Assembly: GCA_964510165.1 (NCBI GenBank)
Contig: CAZEBC010000054.1
Coordinates: 6,566-20,720 of the forward strand
Reading direction: 5' to 3'
From: an uncultured bacterium
Lineage (GTDB): Bacteria > Abyssobacteria > SURF-5
DNA: 14,155 nucleotides
Numbering within the stretch: position 1 is the stretch's first letter; the number at the start of each line of letters is the position of its first letter. The position numbers and the translations under genes are program-made. The notes beneath the pieces were generated by a model that worked only from the letters and a program-made list of their open reading frames with translations, did not search any database and was not told where the DNA came from. Positions 1 to 6,767 of this stretch are shown piece after piece.

Positions 1-2
1 AG

Positions 3-1019
3 GCGCATGTCGCCGTGGCAATTCAGACAGCCCATTCCATGCACTTGCGAGTGTACGTCCCTCAAGCACCGGGTCTCAGGACCGGGATGGCAATAGTAAC
101 ACCCGTCCGTCGTGTTGGGGATCGGCGCGGCGAATCCGTGCAATCCGTGCACGGCGTTCGAAAGGTTCGGCAGGGTGGGCTGACCGGGAAGCCCCAACGC
201 ATTGGAACCATGGCATTCTGCGCACAGCACTGGCCGCCTATCCATCAGGGGGACCGGATAGTTGTGACCTGCCAGCAAATCGTGCAATGTGAGGATGTTC
301 GTCTCGACCTTGCCCGTCGGGACAATGCCGTACTTCAGTGTGGCGAAACCAGTGTCGGAATGGCATATGTCACACCGCAGTTCGGACGAAACCGGCGCCA
401 CGGGAGCGTTTCGGGCAAGTATGGCGCCGCTGGTGCTGTCGCGTGCGGTGATGATGGCGATTTGATACGGCCGAACGGCAAGCGAGTCAATATATTCAGT
501 GAGCGGAATGCCCTCGGCCTCAAAGTGGTCGCCTACCAGGTCCATCGTTCCGCTCAGACCCTTTCCCGCAAGTCCGACATTCGGAGGAAGCGGTTGAGGC
601 AGATTGAACAGGTCTTGTGCATAAGTCCAGAAATTCGTTTTCCCGGCCGAGTAAATGTTCCTGTAGATGCGGTATTGAACCGTGATACCGGTCGTGACGA
701 TTTGCGGTGGATCGCCCACTTTGATGACTTGCGCCCAGAGATTATTGTACGGAGGCAGCACGGCGAGGTCCTGGAAATCAGGATTGTAACAGTGCATCCC
801 GAGGTCGTTCCACGCAAGGATGACGTAGGGCCGGGTCTGGGCAGGCTCGGCTGCCGAAATTCCCTCCGTGTTTGTCATTCCTGCCCCCGATAAGGCCAAA
901 ACCGTTACAACAGCACACAGCACGGCCCATTTCATCGCAGGCTTGCGAAGAGATTCTTGAACCACCGGACCAAATCGAAAGGCCTTCCAAAGTGCCGTGC
1001 ATCTATCATTCTTGCTCAT
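3..1019 (-). CDS. Secreted/periplasmic multiheme c-type cytochrome, 5' part (runs off the left edge)
   Basis: Manual translation of the minus frame is open from ATG 1019 (SD AAGGAG upstream; alternative ATG 935 begins a signal-like MKWAVLCAVVTVLALSGAG) to the window edge. It contains YVILAWNDLGMHCYNPDFQDLAVLPPYNNLWAQVI and CxxCH motifs CDICH (360-374), CAECH (210-224), CYYCH (87-101) and CLNCH (15-29). It is absent from the ORF track, probably because there is no stop in the window. Confidence 0.93.
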   Translation of the reverse strand, partial: MSKNDRCTALWKAFRFGPVVQESLRKPAMKWAVLCAVVTVLALSGAGMTNTEGISAAEPAQTRPYVILAWNDLGMHCYNPDFQDLAVLPPYNNLWAQVIKVGDPPQIVTTGITVQYRIYRNIYSAGKTNFWTYAQDLFNLPQPLPPNVGLAGKGLSGTMDLVGDHFEAEGIPLTEYIDSLAVRPYQIAIITARDSTSGAILARNAPVAPVSSELRCDICHSDTGFATLKYGIVPTGKVETNILTLHDLLAGHNYPVPLMDRRPVLCAECHGSNALGLPGQPTLPNLSNAVHGLHGFAAPIPNTTDGCYYCHPGPETRCLRDVHSQVHGMGCLNCHGDMR

Positions 1020-1112
1020 CGTATCCATCTCCTTCTTGTCGAGTCTCCGTGAAACCAACAAGATCAGGCCATTCGCCACCACCTCGCTCATCATGACTTG
1101 TACGGGAGCAGC

Positions 1113-1138
1113 GGGCGGCCACAGAGGGCCGCCCCCAC
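1113..1138 (-). repeat. REP-like GC-rich palindrome
   Basis: Minus strand GTGGGGGCGGCCCTCTGTGGCCGCCC: 8-bp stem GGGCGGCC/GGCCGCCC, resembling GTAG-family REP elements (GTAGGGGCG...CGCCC). Confidence 0.5.
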
Positions 1139-1229
1139 CGCGTACTACTCTCCGTCATTTGTGCGGGAGCAGATTGCTGCGACCTATGCCGTCGTGCGAC
1201 TGTCCGTCAGCAAGGTCGCATACATTTGT

Positions 1230-1258
1230 ATTATTCAACCAGAACGCCTGGTTGACAA
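1230..1258 (-). promoter_or_regulatory. Putative sigma70 promoter of the cytochrome gene with an inverted repeat in the spacer
   Basis: Minus strand TTGTCA-17 nt-AATAAT. The inverted repeat TCAACCAG-N5-CTGGTTGA (1235-1255) fills the spacer. Confidence 0.45.
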
Positions 1259-1268
1259 TAGAAGGAAC

Positions 1269-1335
1269 AAAAAAAGGACGTGGCCGCTTACCGGAAGGGA
1301 TATGCGCGGCACGGAGCCGGTCCTGACCGGCTCCG
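1269..1335 (-). terminator. Probable intrinsic terminator after htpX (tandem hairpins plus U tract)
   Basis: Perfect hairpin CGGAGCCGGT-cctg-ACCGGCTCCG (1312-1335), an overlapping second stem (1279-1313), and a 7-U run (A7 on plus, 1269-1275) downstream of the htpX stop. Confidence 0.6.
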
Positions 1336-1352
1336 CAGATTGGAATGGATTC

Positions 1353-2195
1353 TTAGAAGCGCAACTCGCGCAGACGACGCACACGCTCCTGAATTGGCGG
1401 GTGAGTGCTTAGTAGGTTCCAGACGCTCTTGCCGCGAATCGGGTTCACTATGAACAGGTGCGCCGACGCGGGATTGGCCTGCAACGGCCTCCTCTGGGCC
1501 GCCATCTCCAGTTTCTCAAGAGCGCTCGCAAGACCGTATGGGCTGCCGGCTATCCGGGCGCCGGAACTGTCGGCGCCGTATTCGCGCGTGCGCGAAACCG
1601 CAAGCTGTATAAGCATGGCGGCAATAGGTGCGACGATCGCTGCCGCCAACAGTCCGATGGCGCCGCCGTTATCCCGGTCGTCCCTGCCGCCACCGCCGAA
1701 TATGGCCGCCCAGCGCGCCATGAAGGCGAGCATTGAGATCGCGCCCGCAAGCGTGGCCGCGATCGAGCCTACCAGCATGTCCCGGTTCCGCACGTGCGCA
1801 AGCTCATGAGCAAGCACGCCCCGGAGTTCTTCCTCGCTCAGCAGGCTCATGATACCCTCCGTCACCGCAACGACGGCGTTCTGCGGATTGCGGCCCGTCG
1901 CGAAGGCGTTGGGCGACTGGCTCGGAATCAGATAAAGCTTGGGCATGGGAAGTCCGGCATTTGTCGCCAGTTCCTTCACCATCGAGTAAAGCCTCGGAGC
2001 TTCGTTCGGCGATATCGGCTGCGCCCGGTACATGGTGAGCACGAGCTTGTCGCTGAACCAGTACGCGCCCATATTCATCACGACGGCGAGCGCAAATGCA
2101 AACACTGCGCCATCCGTGCCGCCAACAGCCTGTCCGACAAGCACGAACAACAGCGTCAGCGCGGTCAGTAATAGCGTGGTACGAAACACATTCAT
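1353..2195 (-). CDS. htpX: Membrane zinc metalloprotease HtpX (M48 family)
   Basis: N-terminal hydrophobic helices, [13 protein letters not shown] (HExxH), SRTREYGAD and STHPP motifs; GGAGG upstream. Confidence 0.96.
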   Translation of the reverse strand: MNVFRTTLLLTALTLLFVLVGQAVGGTDGAVFAFALAVVMNMGAYWFSDKLVLTMYRAQPISPNEAPRLYSMVKELATNAGLPMPKLYLIPSQSPNAFATGRNPQNAVVAVTEGIMSLLSEEELRGVLAHELAHVRNRDMLVGSIAATLAGAISMLAFMARWAAIFGGGGRDDRDNGGAIGLLAAAIVAPIAAMLIQLAVSRTREYGADSSGARIAGSPYGLASALEKLEMAAQRRPLQANPASAHLFIVNPIRGKSVWNLLSTHPPIQERVRRLRELRF

Positions 2196-2264
2196 TCTTT
2201 ATTCATCCTCCCGTCAAGTCCTGATTAAACGGCGACATTGCATGCCGCCTGTCGCCTATTCATT

Positions 2265-2294
2265 ATTGTAACAGTTTCCCGCGCGCCACATCAA
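2265..2294 (-). promoter_or_regulatory. Putative internal sigma70 promoter (extended -10) for htpX
   Basis: Minus strand TTGATG-18 nt-TACAAT with TG-n directly before the -10 (TGTTACAAT), about 70 nt upstream of the htpX ATG. Confidence 0.55.
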
Positions 2295-2331
2295 CCCTGC
2301 GCCTGGGCGGATCCGCGACTTCGAATTGAGG

Positions 2332-2349
2332 GGCCGTCCGCGGACGGCC
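2332..2349. repeat. Perfect 18-bp palindrome just after the second hsp20 stop (3' stabilising hairpin or pause site)
   Basis: GGCCGTCCGCGGACGGCC is self-complementary; there is no U tract. Confidence 0.55.
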
Positions 2350-2352
2350 GCC

Positions 2353-2706
2353 TCATGCTTCAATCCGAATCTTCTTGGGCAGCACTTCTTTCTTCTTGGG
2401 AATCGTAAGCGTGAGAATTCCCCGCTCGACGGTCGCACTGATACCCGAGGGGTCAAGGTCTTCGCTCAGGACAAACGCTCTCCGGTAATCTCCCCCGGAG
2501 CTTTCTCCATAAATCAACTTCATGCTCGAGTCAACCGGCTTGCGTTTCCCGATCATCGTGAGTTCATCACCGTCAACGGTTACGTCGAACTCGCCCTTCT
2601 CAACCCCCGGCATCTCGGCGCGAAGTGTGACCGAATCCTTTCCCTCTTTGATATCAACGAAAGGAACCCTGTACTGCTCTTTTGGTTTCTGCTCTGTATG
2701 TGCCAT
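2353..2706 (-). CDS. Small heat shock protein (Hsp20/alpha-crystallin), short N-terminal arm, 117 aa
   Basis: PFVDIKE..LRAEMPGV..YRRAFVL..ISATVERGILTLTIPK and a C-terminal IxI (KKIRI). Start moved from 2784 to ATG 2706, which has GGAGAAGAGGG upstream; the longer extension runs through a hairpin. Confidence 0.92.
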   Translation of the reverse strand: MAHTEQKPKEQYRVPFVDIKEGKDSVTLRAEMPGVEKGEFDVTVDGDELTMIGKRKPVDSSMKLIYGESSGGDYRRAFVLSEDLDPSGISATVERGILTLTIPKKKEVLPKKIRIEA

Positions 2707-2753
2707 TGTCCCTCTTCTCCTTGCTTTCGCGGAAATCTTGTTGGCGGTTGCCG

Positions 2754-2787
2754 GCAGTGGGGCAGGCATGGGGGCCTGCCCCACTGC
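2754..2787. repeat. REP-like 14-bp hairpin between the two hsp20 genes
   Basis: GCAGTGGGGCAGGC-atgggg-GCCTGCCCCACTGC. The minus strand GTGGGGCAGGCCCCCATGCCTGCCC resembles GTAG-type REPs. Confidence 0.6.
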
Positions 2788-2796
2788 ATTGGCTCC

Positions 2797-2828
2797 AATC
2801 GGGACGCAGTTAGCCGCAAGAGGAGCCG
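2797..2828 (-). repeat. Downstream arm of the long-range inverted repeat flanking hsp20 (pairs with 3364-3396)
   Basis: GCCGCAAGAGGAGCCG (2813-2828) is the exact reverse complement of CGGCTCCTCTTGCGGC (3364-3379); pairing extends to 2797 with G-U pairs. Confidence 0.85.
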
Positions 2829-2835
2829 GCTCGTG

Positions 2836-3303
2836 TTAGTTCACGCTGATTTTTATCTGTTTGGGCTTGGCCTCTTCCTTCTTGGGCAGCTCGATCTCGA
2901 GCACGCCGTTCTTGAAGGAAGCCTTCACCTTGTCGACAGCTACCGCAGTCGGCAGGGGCATCGAGCGTTGGAACGCGCCATACGCTCTCTCGATCCTGTG
3001 GTAGTTCTCTTCCTTCTTCTCTTCTTCCTTTTTCTTCTCACCCTTGATGGTGAGGGTATTGTCCAGAACGCTCACCTCGATGTCCTTTTCCGTCATGCCG
3101 GGCAATTCGGCCTTGACGACGACCTTGTTCTCGTCCTCATACATATCTACCGCAGGCGCCCACGCTCCTTCGAGCAGGCCCGCGCGTTCGAACGGCCTGC
3201 GTCCCAGCGTGAAGTCGAACAACCGGTTAATCTCGTCCTGGATGCTCAGCATGTCCCTGAAGGGATCGATCTCGGTCCTTGGTCTCCATCTGATCAGCGC
3301 CAT
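2836..3303 (-). CDS. Small heat shock protein (Hsp20/alpha-crystallin), 155 aa
   Basis: DPFRDM..INRLFD, WAPAVDMYE, KAELPG, ERAYGAFQRS, ASFKNGVLEIELPK and C-terminal IKI; strong SD AAGGAGGT. Confidence 0.96.
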   Translation of the reverse strand: MALIRWRPRTEIDPFRDMLSIQDEINRLFDFTLGRRPFERAGLLEGAWAPAVDMYEDENKVVVKAELPGMTEKDIEVSVLDNTLTIKGEKKKEEEKKEENYHRIERAYGAFQRSMPLPTAVAVDKVKASFKNGVLEIELPKKEEAKPKQIKISVN

Positions 3304-3363
3304 AGTTCATACCTCCTTTTTTTCGTTGAATATTCGGGAAGAGCGAATCAAGTGCCCATCTAA

Positions 3364-3396
3364 CGGCTCCTCTTGCGGCCAAGAAAGCGCCCAATC
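3364..3396 (-). repeat. Upstream arm of the long-range inverted repeat flanking hsp20 (pairs with 2797-2828)
   Basis: Minus strand GATTGGGCGC-tttc-TTGGCCGCAAGAGGAGCCG, located in the dnaK-hsp20 intergenic region. Confidence 0.85.
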
Positions 3397-3410
3397 CGCT
3401 GCCCCGATAC

Positions 3411-5339
3411 TCATTTCTTCTCCTCGTCAACGACCTCGTAATCGGCGTCAATCACGTCTTCTTCCTTGCCGGCGCCTCGTTCCCGACGAGGCTCACCCTC
3501 TGGACCGCGATATGCGCCTCCGCGAGGCCCGGCCTGCGCGCCCGCCTGCTGGTACATCTGCGTCGAGACCTCTTGCCAAGTCTGGCTCAGAGCGTCTGTC
3601 GCCGACTTGATCTCGCCAACCTCGCCCGCTTTTACGGCTGCGTTGACGCGCCCGACGGCAGCCTCAAGCCTGCTTTTCTGGTCGGCGGCCAGTTTGTCTC
3701 CAAACTCCTTTATGTTTTTCTCAGTCTCGTACGCCATGGATTCGGCCCGATTGATGGCGTCGGCCTTCTCACGCTTGACACGGTCCTCCCCGGCATGGGC
3801 TTGCGCCTCTTTCACCATCCGGTCTATCTCGTCCTTGCTTAATCCGCTGGAGGCCTCGATCCGGATTTTCTGCTCTTTTGCTGTGGCGAGGTCCTTAGCC
3901 GACACATGAAGTATTCCGTTCGCATCGATGTCAAAGGCGACCTCGATCTGCGGAATCCCTCGCGGCGCCGGCGGTATGCCGGTCAAGTGAAACCGTCCAA
4001 TGGTCTTGTTATCGTACGCCATCTCCCGTTCGCCCTGCAGCACATGTATCTCCACGCTGGTCTGGCCGTCCTCGGCGGTCGTGAATATCTCGCTCTTGCG
4101 AGTCGGTATCGTGGTGTTGCGCTCGATCAGCTTCGTGAACACCCCGCCCTTGGTCTCGATGCCGAGCGACAGAGGCGTCACGTCGAGCAACAGCACGTCG
4201 CGAACCTCGCCGCCAAGCACGCCCGCCTGGATGGCCGCTCCGACCGCGACGACCTCGTCGGGGTTGACGCCCTTATGCGGCTCCTTGTTGAAGATTCCTC
4301 GCACAAGGTCCTGCACTTTCGGCATGCGAGTCTGACCGCCAACGAGGATAACCTCGTCGATCTGGCCCGGTTTCAGGCCGGCGTCCTCAAGGGCCCTCAT
4401 GACCGGTCCTCGGCAGCGCTCGATAAGGTCGTCAACCAATTGCTCGAGCTTCGAGCGCGTCAGCGTGATGTTCAGATGCTTCGGACCCGAGGCGTCCGCC
4501 GTTATGAACGGCAAATTGATGTCGGTGGTCTGTGAAGTCGAGAGTTCGCATTTCGCCTTCTCGGCGGCCTCTTTCAGCCGTTGCAGCGCCATCCGGTCCT
4601 GTCGCAAGTCAATTCCCTGTTCCTTCTTGAAATCATCGGCCAGCCAGTCGATGACGCGCTGATCGAAATCATCGCCGCCCAGGTGAGTATCCCCGTTGGT
4701 GGACAACACTTCAAATACTCCCTCGCCAAGCTGGAGTATCGATATATCGAATGTGCCGCCGCCAAGGTCAAACACGGCAATCTTTTCGTCTTTTTTCTTT
4801 TCCAACCCGTACGCGAGCGACGCCGCGGTAGGCTCGTTGATGATCCTCAGCACTTCGAGCCCGGCAATCTTGCCGGCGTCTTTGGTCGCCTGTCGCTGGG
4901 AATCGTTAAAATACGCCGGAACCGTGATCACCGCCTGCGTTACTTTCTGTCCAAGGTAGTCTTCGGCGCTCTGCTTCATTTTCTGCAGGATCATCGCCGA
5001 AATCTCCGGCGGCCGGTATGTCTTTCCGCCAGCCACCACCTGGCAATCTCCATTCGGCCCTTCGGTCACTTTGTAGGGTACCAGCTTGATCTCGCTCTGG
5101 ACTTCATGAAACTTCCGCCCCATGAATCGCTTGATCGAAAAAACCGTATTCTCCGGATTTGTGATCGCCTGTCGTTTGGCGACCGTCCCTACCAGGCGTT
5201 CTCCTCCTTTGGTGAATGCGACAACCGAAGGAGTAGTGCGCCCCCCCTCTGCGTTCGGTATCACGACGGCTTCGCCACCCTCAAGCACCGCAACGCACGA
5301 GTTGGTAGTACCCAAGTCTATCCCTATTACCTTTGCCAT
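3411..5339 (-). CDS. dnaK: Chaperone DnaK (Hsp70)
   Basis: [36 protein letters not shown] linker and C-terminal DADYEVV; SD GGAGGAG. Confidence 0.99.
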   Translation of the reverse strand: MAKVIGIDLGTTNSCVAVLEGGEAVVIPNAEGGRTTPSVVAFTKGGERLVGTVAKRQAITNPENTVFSIKRFMGRKFHEVQSEIKLVPYKVTEGPNGDCQVVAGGKTYRPPEISAMILQKMKQSAEDYLGQKVTQAVITVPAYFNDSQRQATKDAGKIAGLEVLRIINEPTAASLAYGLEKKKDEKIAVFDLGGGTFDISILQLGEGVFEVLSTNGDTHLGGDDFDQRVIDWLADDFKKEQGIDLRQDRMALQRLKEAAEKAKCELSTSQTTDINLPFITADASGPKHLNITLTRSKLEQLVDDLIERCRGPVMRALEDAGLKPGQIDEVILVGGQTRMPKVQDLVRGIFNKEPHKGVNPDEVVAVGAAIQAGVLGGEVRDVLLLDVTPLSLGIETKGGVFTKLIERNTTIPTRKSEIFTTAEDGQTSVEIHVLQGEREMAYDNKTIGRFHLTGIPPAPRGIPQIEVAFDIDANGILHVSAKDLATAKEQKIRIEASSGLSKDEIDRMVKEAQAHAGEDRVKREKADAINRAESMAYETEKNIKEFGDKLAADQKSRLEAAVGRVNAAVKAGEVGEIKSATDALSQTWQEVSTQMYQQAGAQAGPRGGAYRGPEGEPRRERGAGKEEDVIDADYEVVDEEKK

Positions 5340-5402
5340 TGCTCTGGTCTCCTCCCGTTCAGGACTCTTTCACCTGGTTCTCATAAGACCATTGCTCTGA
5401 AA

Positions 5403-5419
5403 AGCAAGCGCAGTGCCAA
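5403..5419 (-). promoter_or_regulatory. Sigma54 (RpoN) -24/-12 promoter of the dnaK operon
   Basis: Minus strand TTGGCAC-TGCGC-TTGCT matches YTGGCAC-N5-TTGCW with exact GG-N10-GC spacing, about 65 nt upstream of the dnaK ATG. Confidence 0.8.
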
Positions 5420-5447
5420 AGTCATCGTATACCGATAAGTGATTAAA

Positions 5448-5460
5448 TATCAATTAGTTA
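5448..5460 (+). promoter_or_regulatory. IHF binding site
   Basis: TATCAATTAGTTA is an exact match to WATCAANNNNTTR, in AT-rich DNA about 30-40 bp upstream of the sigma54 -24 element, where IHF sites typically lie. Confidence 0.7.
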
Positions 5461-5615
5461 CAAAGTGCGAATCGAATCCGCGAAGGCTTGAACGATTGGT
5501 ATTCGTTTGATTTTGAAACAGATAAAATGTGGGAATTTTCAACAAGGAGACCGTCCTATAGCCTTGCACATGCAATATCGTGCACGAATCATCGGGCACG
5601 AATCCGATCGGGAAG

Positions 5616-5651
5616 AATTGTAAACCGACAAAGGCTGAATGGTTGACAATT
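5616..5651. promoter_or_regulatory. BirA (biotin repressor) operator
   Basis: AATTGTAAACC-N14-GGTTGACAATT matches the BirA palindrome consensus TTGTAAAC-N14-16-GTTTACAA and overlaps the -35 of the bio promoter. Confidence 0.88.
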
Positions 5652-5671
5652 TGCTGTGCTATTGCTAGAAT
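5643..5671 (+). promoter_or_regulatory. Sigma70 promoter of bioBFDA
   Basis: TTGACA-17 nt-TAGAAT with an extended -10 TG (TGCTAGAAT). Confidence 0.85.
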
Positions 5672-5748
5672 TCTAGATTGGCACATGTTGCTTTGGCTCT
5701 GAGCATAGGGGCGCACGACGTGCGTCCTCGAAGGAATGAATACCCGTA

Positions 5749-6744
5749 ATGAAACCACAAGAATTATTCAACGATCTCGCGAACCGCGTGATACAAGGCG
5801 AGGCGCTCGGACATCGTGAAGCGCTTCAAGTCCTCAACACTTCGCGCGAAGACGTTTTTCACCTGCTGGCCGCCGCCGATGAGGTCCGCCGCCACTTCAA
5901 AGGCGATGTCATAAATTTCTGCGCCGTCATAAGCGCAAAGTCCGGCGCATGTCCCGAGGATTGTGCGTTCTGCGCGCAATCCGCGCATCACGCCGCGAAC
6001 GCGCCGGTGTATCCGCTCATGCAACCAGAAAGAATCCTCGAGCACACCCGTGCGGCCCAGGCGATGGGCGCCAACAAAGTGGGGATCGTCACGAGCGGCC
6101 CCGGCATCGAGACCGAGCAAGAGATGAAGATGCTCTGCGACGCTCTTTCCGGCATCGCGCACGAGACCGGCGTGGACCGGTGCGCCTCGCTCGGAAGCCT
6201 TGACTCCCGCCAACTTATCCGGCTCAAAGCGGCAGGCCTTCAAAGCGTGCACCACAATATCGAGACCGCAGAGAGTTTCTTCGAGCACATCTGCTCAACG
6301 CATACATACCAAGACAGGATCAAGACAGTCCGTCTCGCGAAGAAAGCCGGATTCTATGTGTGCAGCGGCGGCATCTTCGGCATGGGCGAGACTCCGGAGC
6401 ATCGCATCGAGATGGCGCTCGCGCTGAGGGACCTCGACGTGGACTCGATTCCGCTGAACTTCCTGAACCCGATCCCGGGCACAAGACTTGAGAACGCTCC
6501 GCCCTTGCATCCGCTCGATATACTGAAGATCATCGCGATGTTCCGCTTCCTGCTTCCCAAAAAGGACATACGCATCTGCGGAGGACGCGAGAAAAACCTG
6601 CGCTCGCTCCAGCCGCTGATGTACGCGGCGGGCGCAAACTGCACGATGCTCGGCAACTACCTGACCACCCAGGGCCGCGACTATCTGGAAGACCTTCAGA
6701 TGATCTCCGACCTTGGGCTGCGCCGCGTCATGAAGAGCCCTTGA
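5749..6744 (+). CDS. bioB: Biotin synthase (radical SAM)
   Basis: SAKSGACPEDCAFCAQS (CxxxCxxC), HNIET, VCSGGIFGMGE, IPLNFLNPIPGT and GNYLTT motifs. Confidence 0.97.
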   Translation: MKPQELFNDLANRVIQGEALGHREALQVLNTSREDVFHLLAAADEVRRHFKGDVINFCAVISAKSGACPEDCAFCAQSAHHAANAPVYPLMQPERILEHTRAAQAMGANKVGIVTSGPGIETEQEMKMLCDALSGIAHETGVDRCASLGSLDSRQLIRLKAAGLQSVHHNIETAESFFEHICSTHTYQDRIKTVRLAKKAGFYVCSGGIFGMGETPEHRIEMALALRDLDVDSIPLNFLNPIPGTRLENAPPLHPLDILKIIAMFRFLLPKKDIRICGGREKNLRSLQPLMYAAGANCTMLGNYLTTQGRDYLEDLQMISDLGLRRVMKSP

Positions 6745-6767
6745 ATGAGAGAGAGGCAGCGCCCATC

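Noticed and set aside
15-893. 292-aa plus-strand ORF
   Set aside because: Antisense shadow of the multiheme cytochrome on the minus strand; no recognisable motifs.
1226-1260. GGTTGACAAT identical to the right half of the BirA operator
   Set aside because: No matching left half (TTGTAAACC) at 14-16 bp, and there is no biotin-related gene here.
1402-1412. GAGTGCTTA resembling a CIRCE half-site
   Set aside because: Lies inside the htpX coding sequence and has no partner half-site at 9-bp spacing.
2329-2355. TGA immediately followed by a hairpin (possible SECIS or readthrough)
   Set aside because: The Hsp20 ends naturally after its IxI motif, and the position does not correspond to a conserved Cys.
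2284-2747. Weaker complementarity flanking the second hsp20 (UCCGCGA/UCGCGGA plus partial CGCCA/UGGCG)
   Set aside because: Only about 7 contiguous bp, within chance expectation at this GC content.
2326-3363. 345-aa plus-strand ORF spanning both hsp20 genes
   Set aside because: Antisense shadow; openness is explained by the codon bias of the real genes, and there is no RBS or domain signal.
3906-5438. Long antisense ORFs (209 and 285 aa) opposite dnaK
   Set aside because: Antisense ORFs opposite Hsp70 genes are a common by-product of codon usage; here they are also broken by stops.
5678-5692. TTGGCACATGTTGC before bioB resembling a sigma54 promoter
   Set aside because: GG-to-GC spacing is 8 nt rather than the required 10; a strong sigma70 promoter explains bio transcription.
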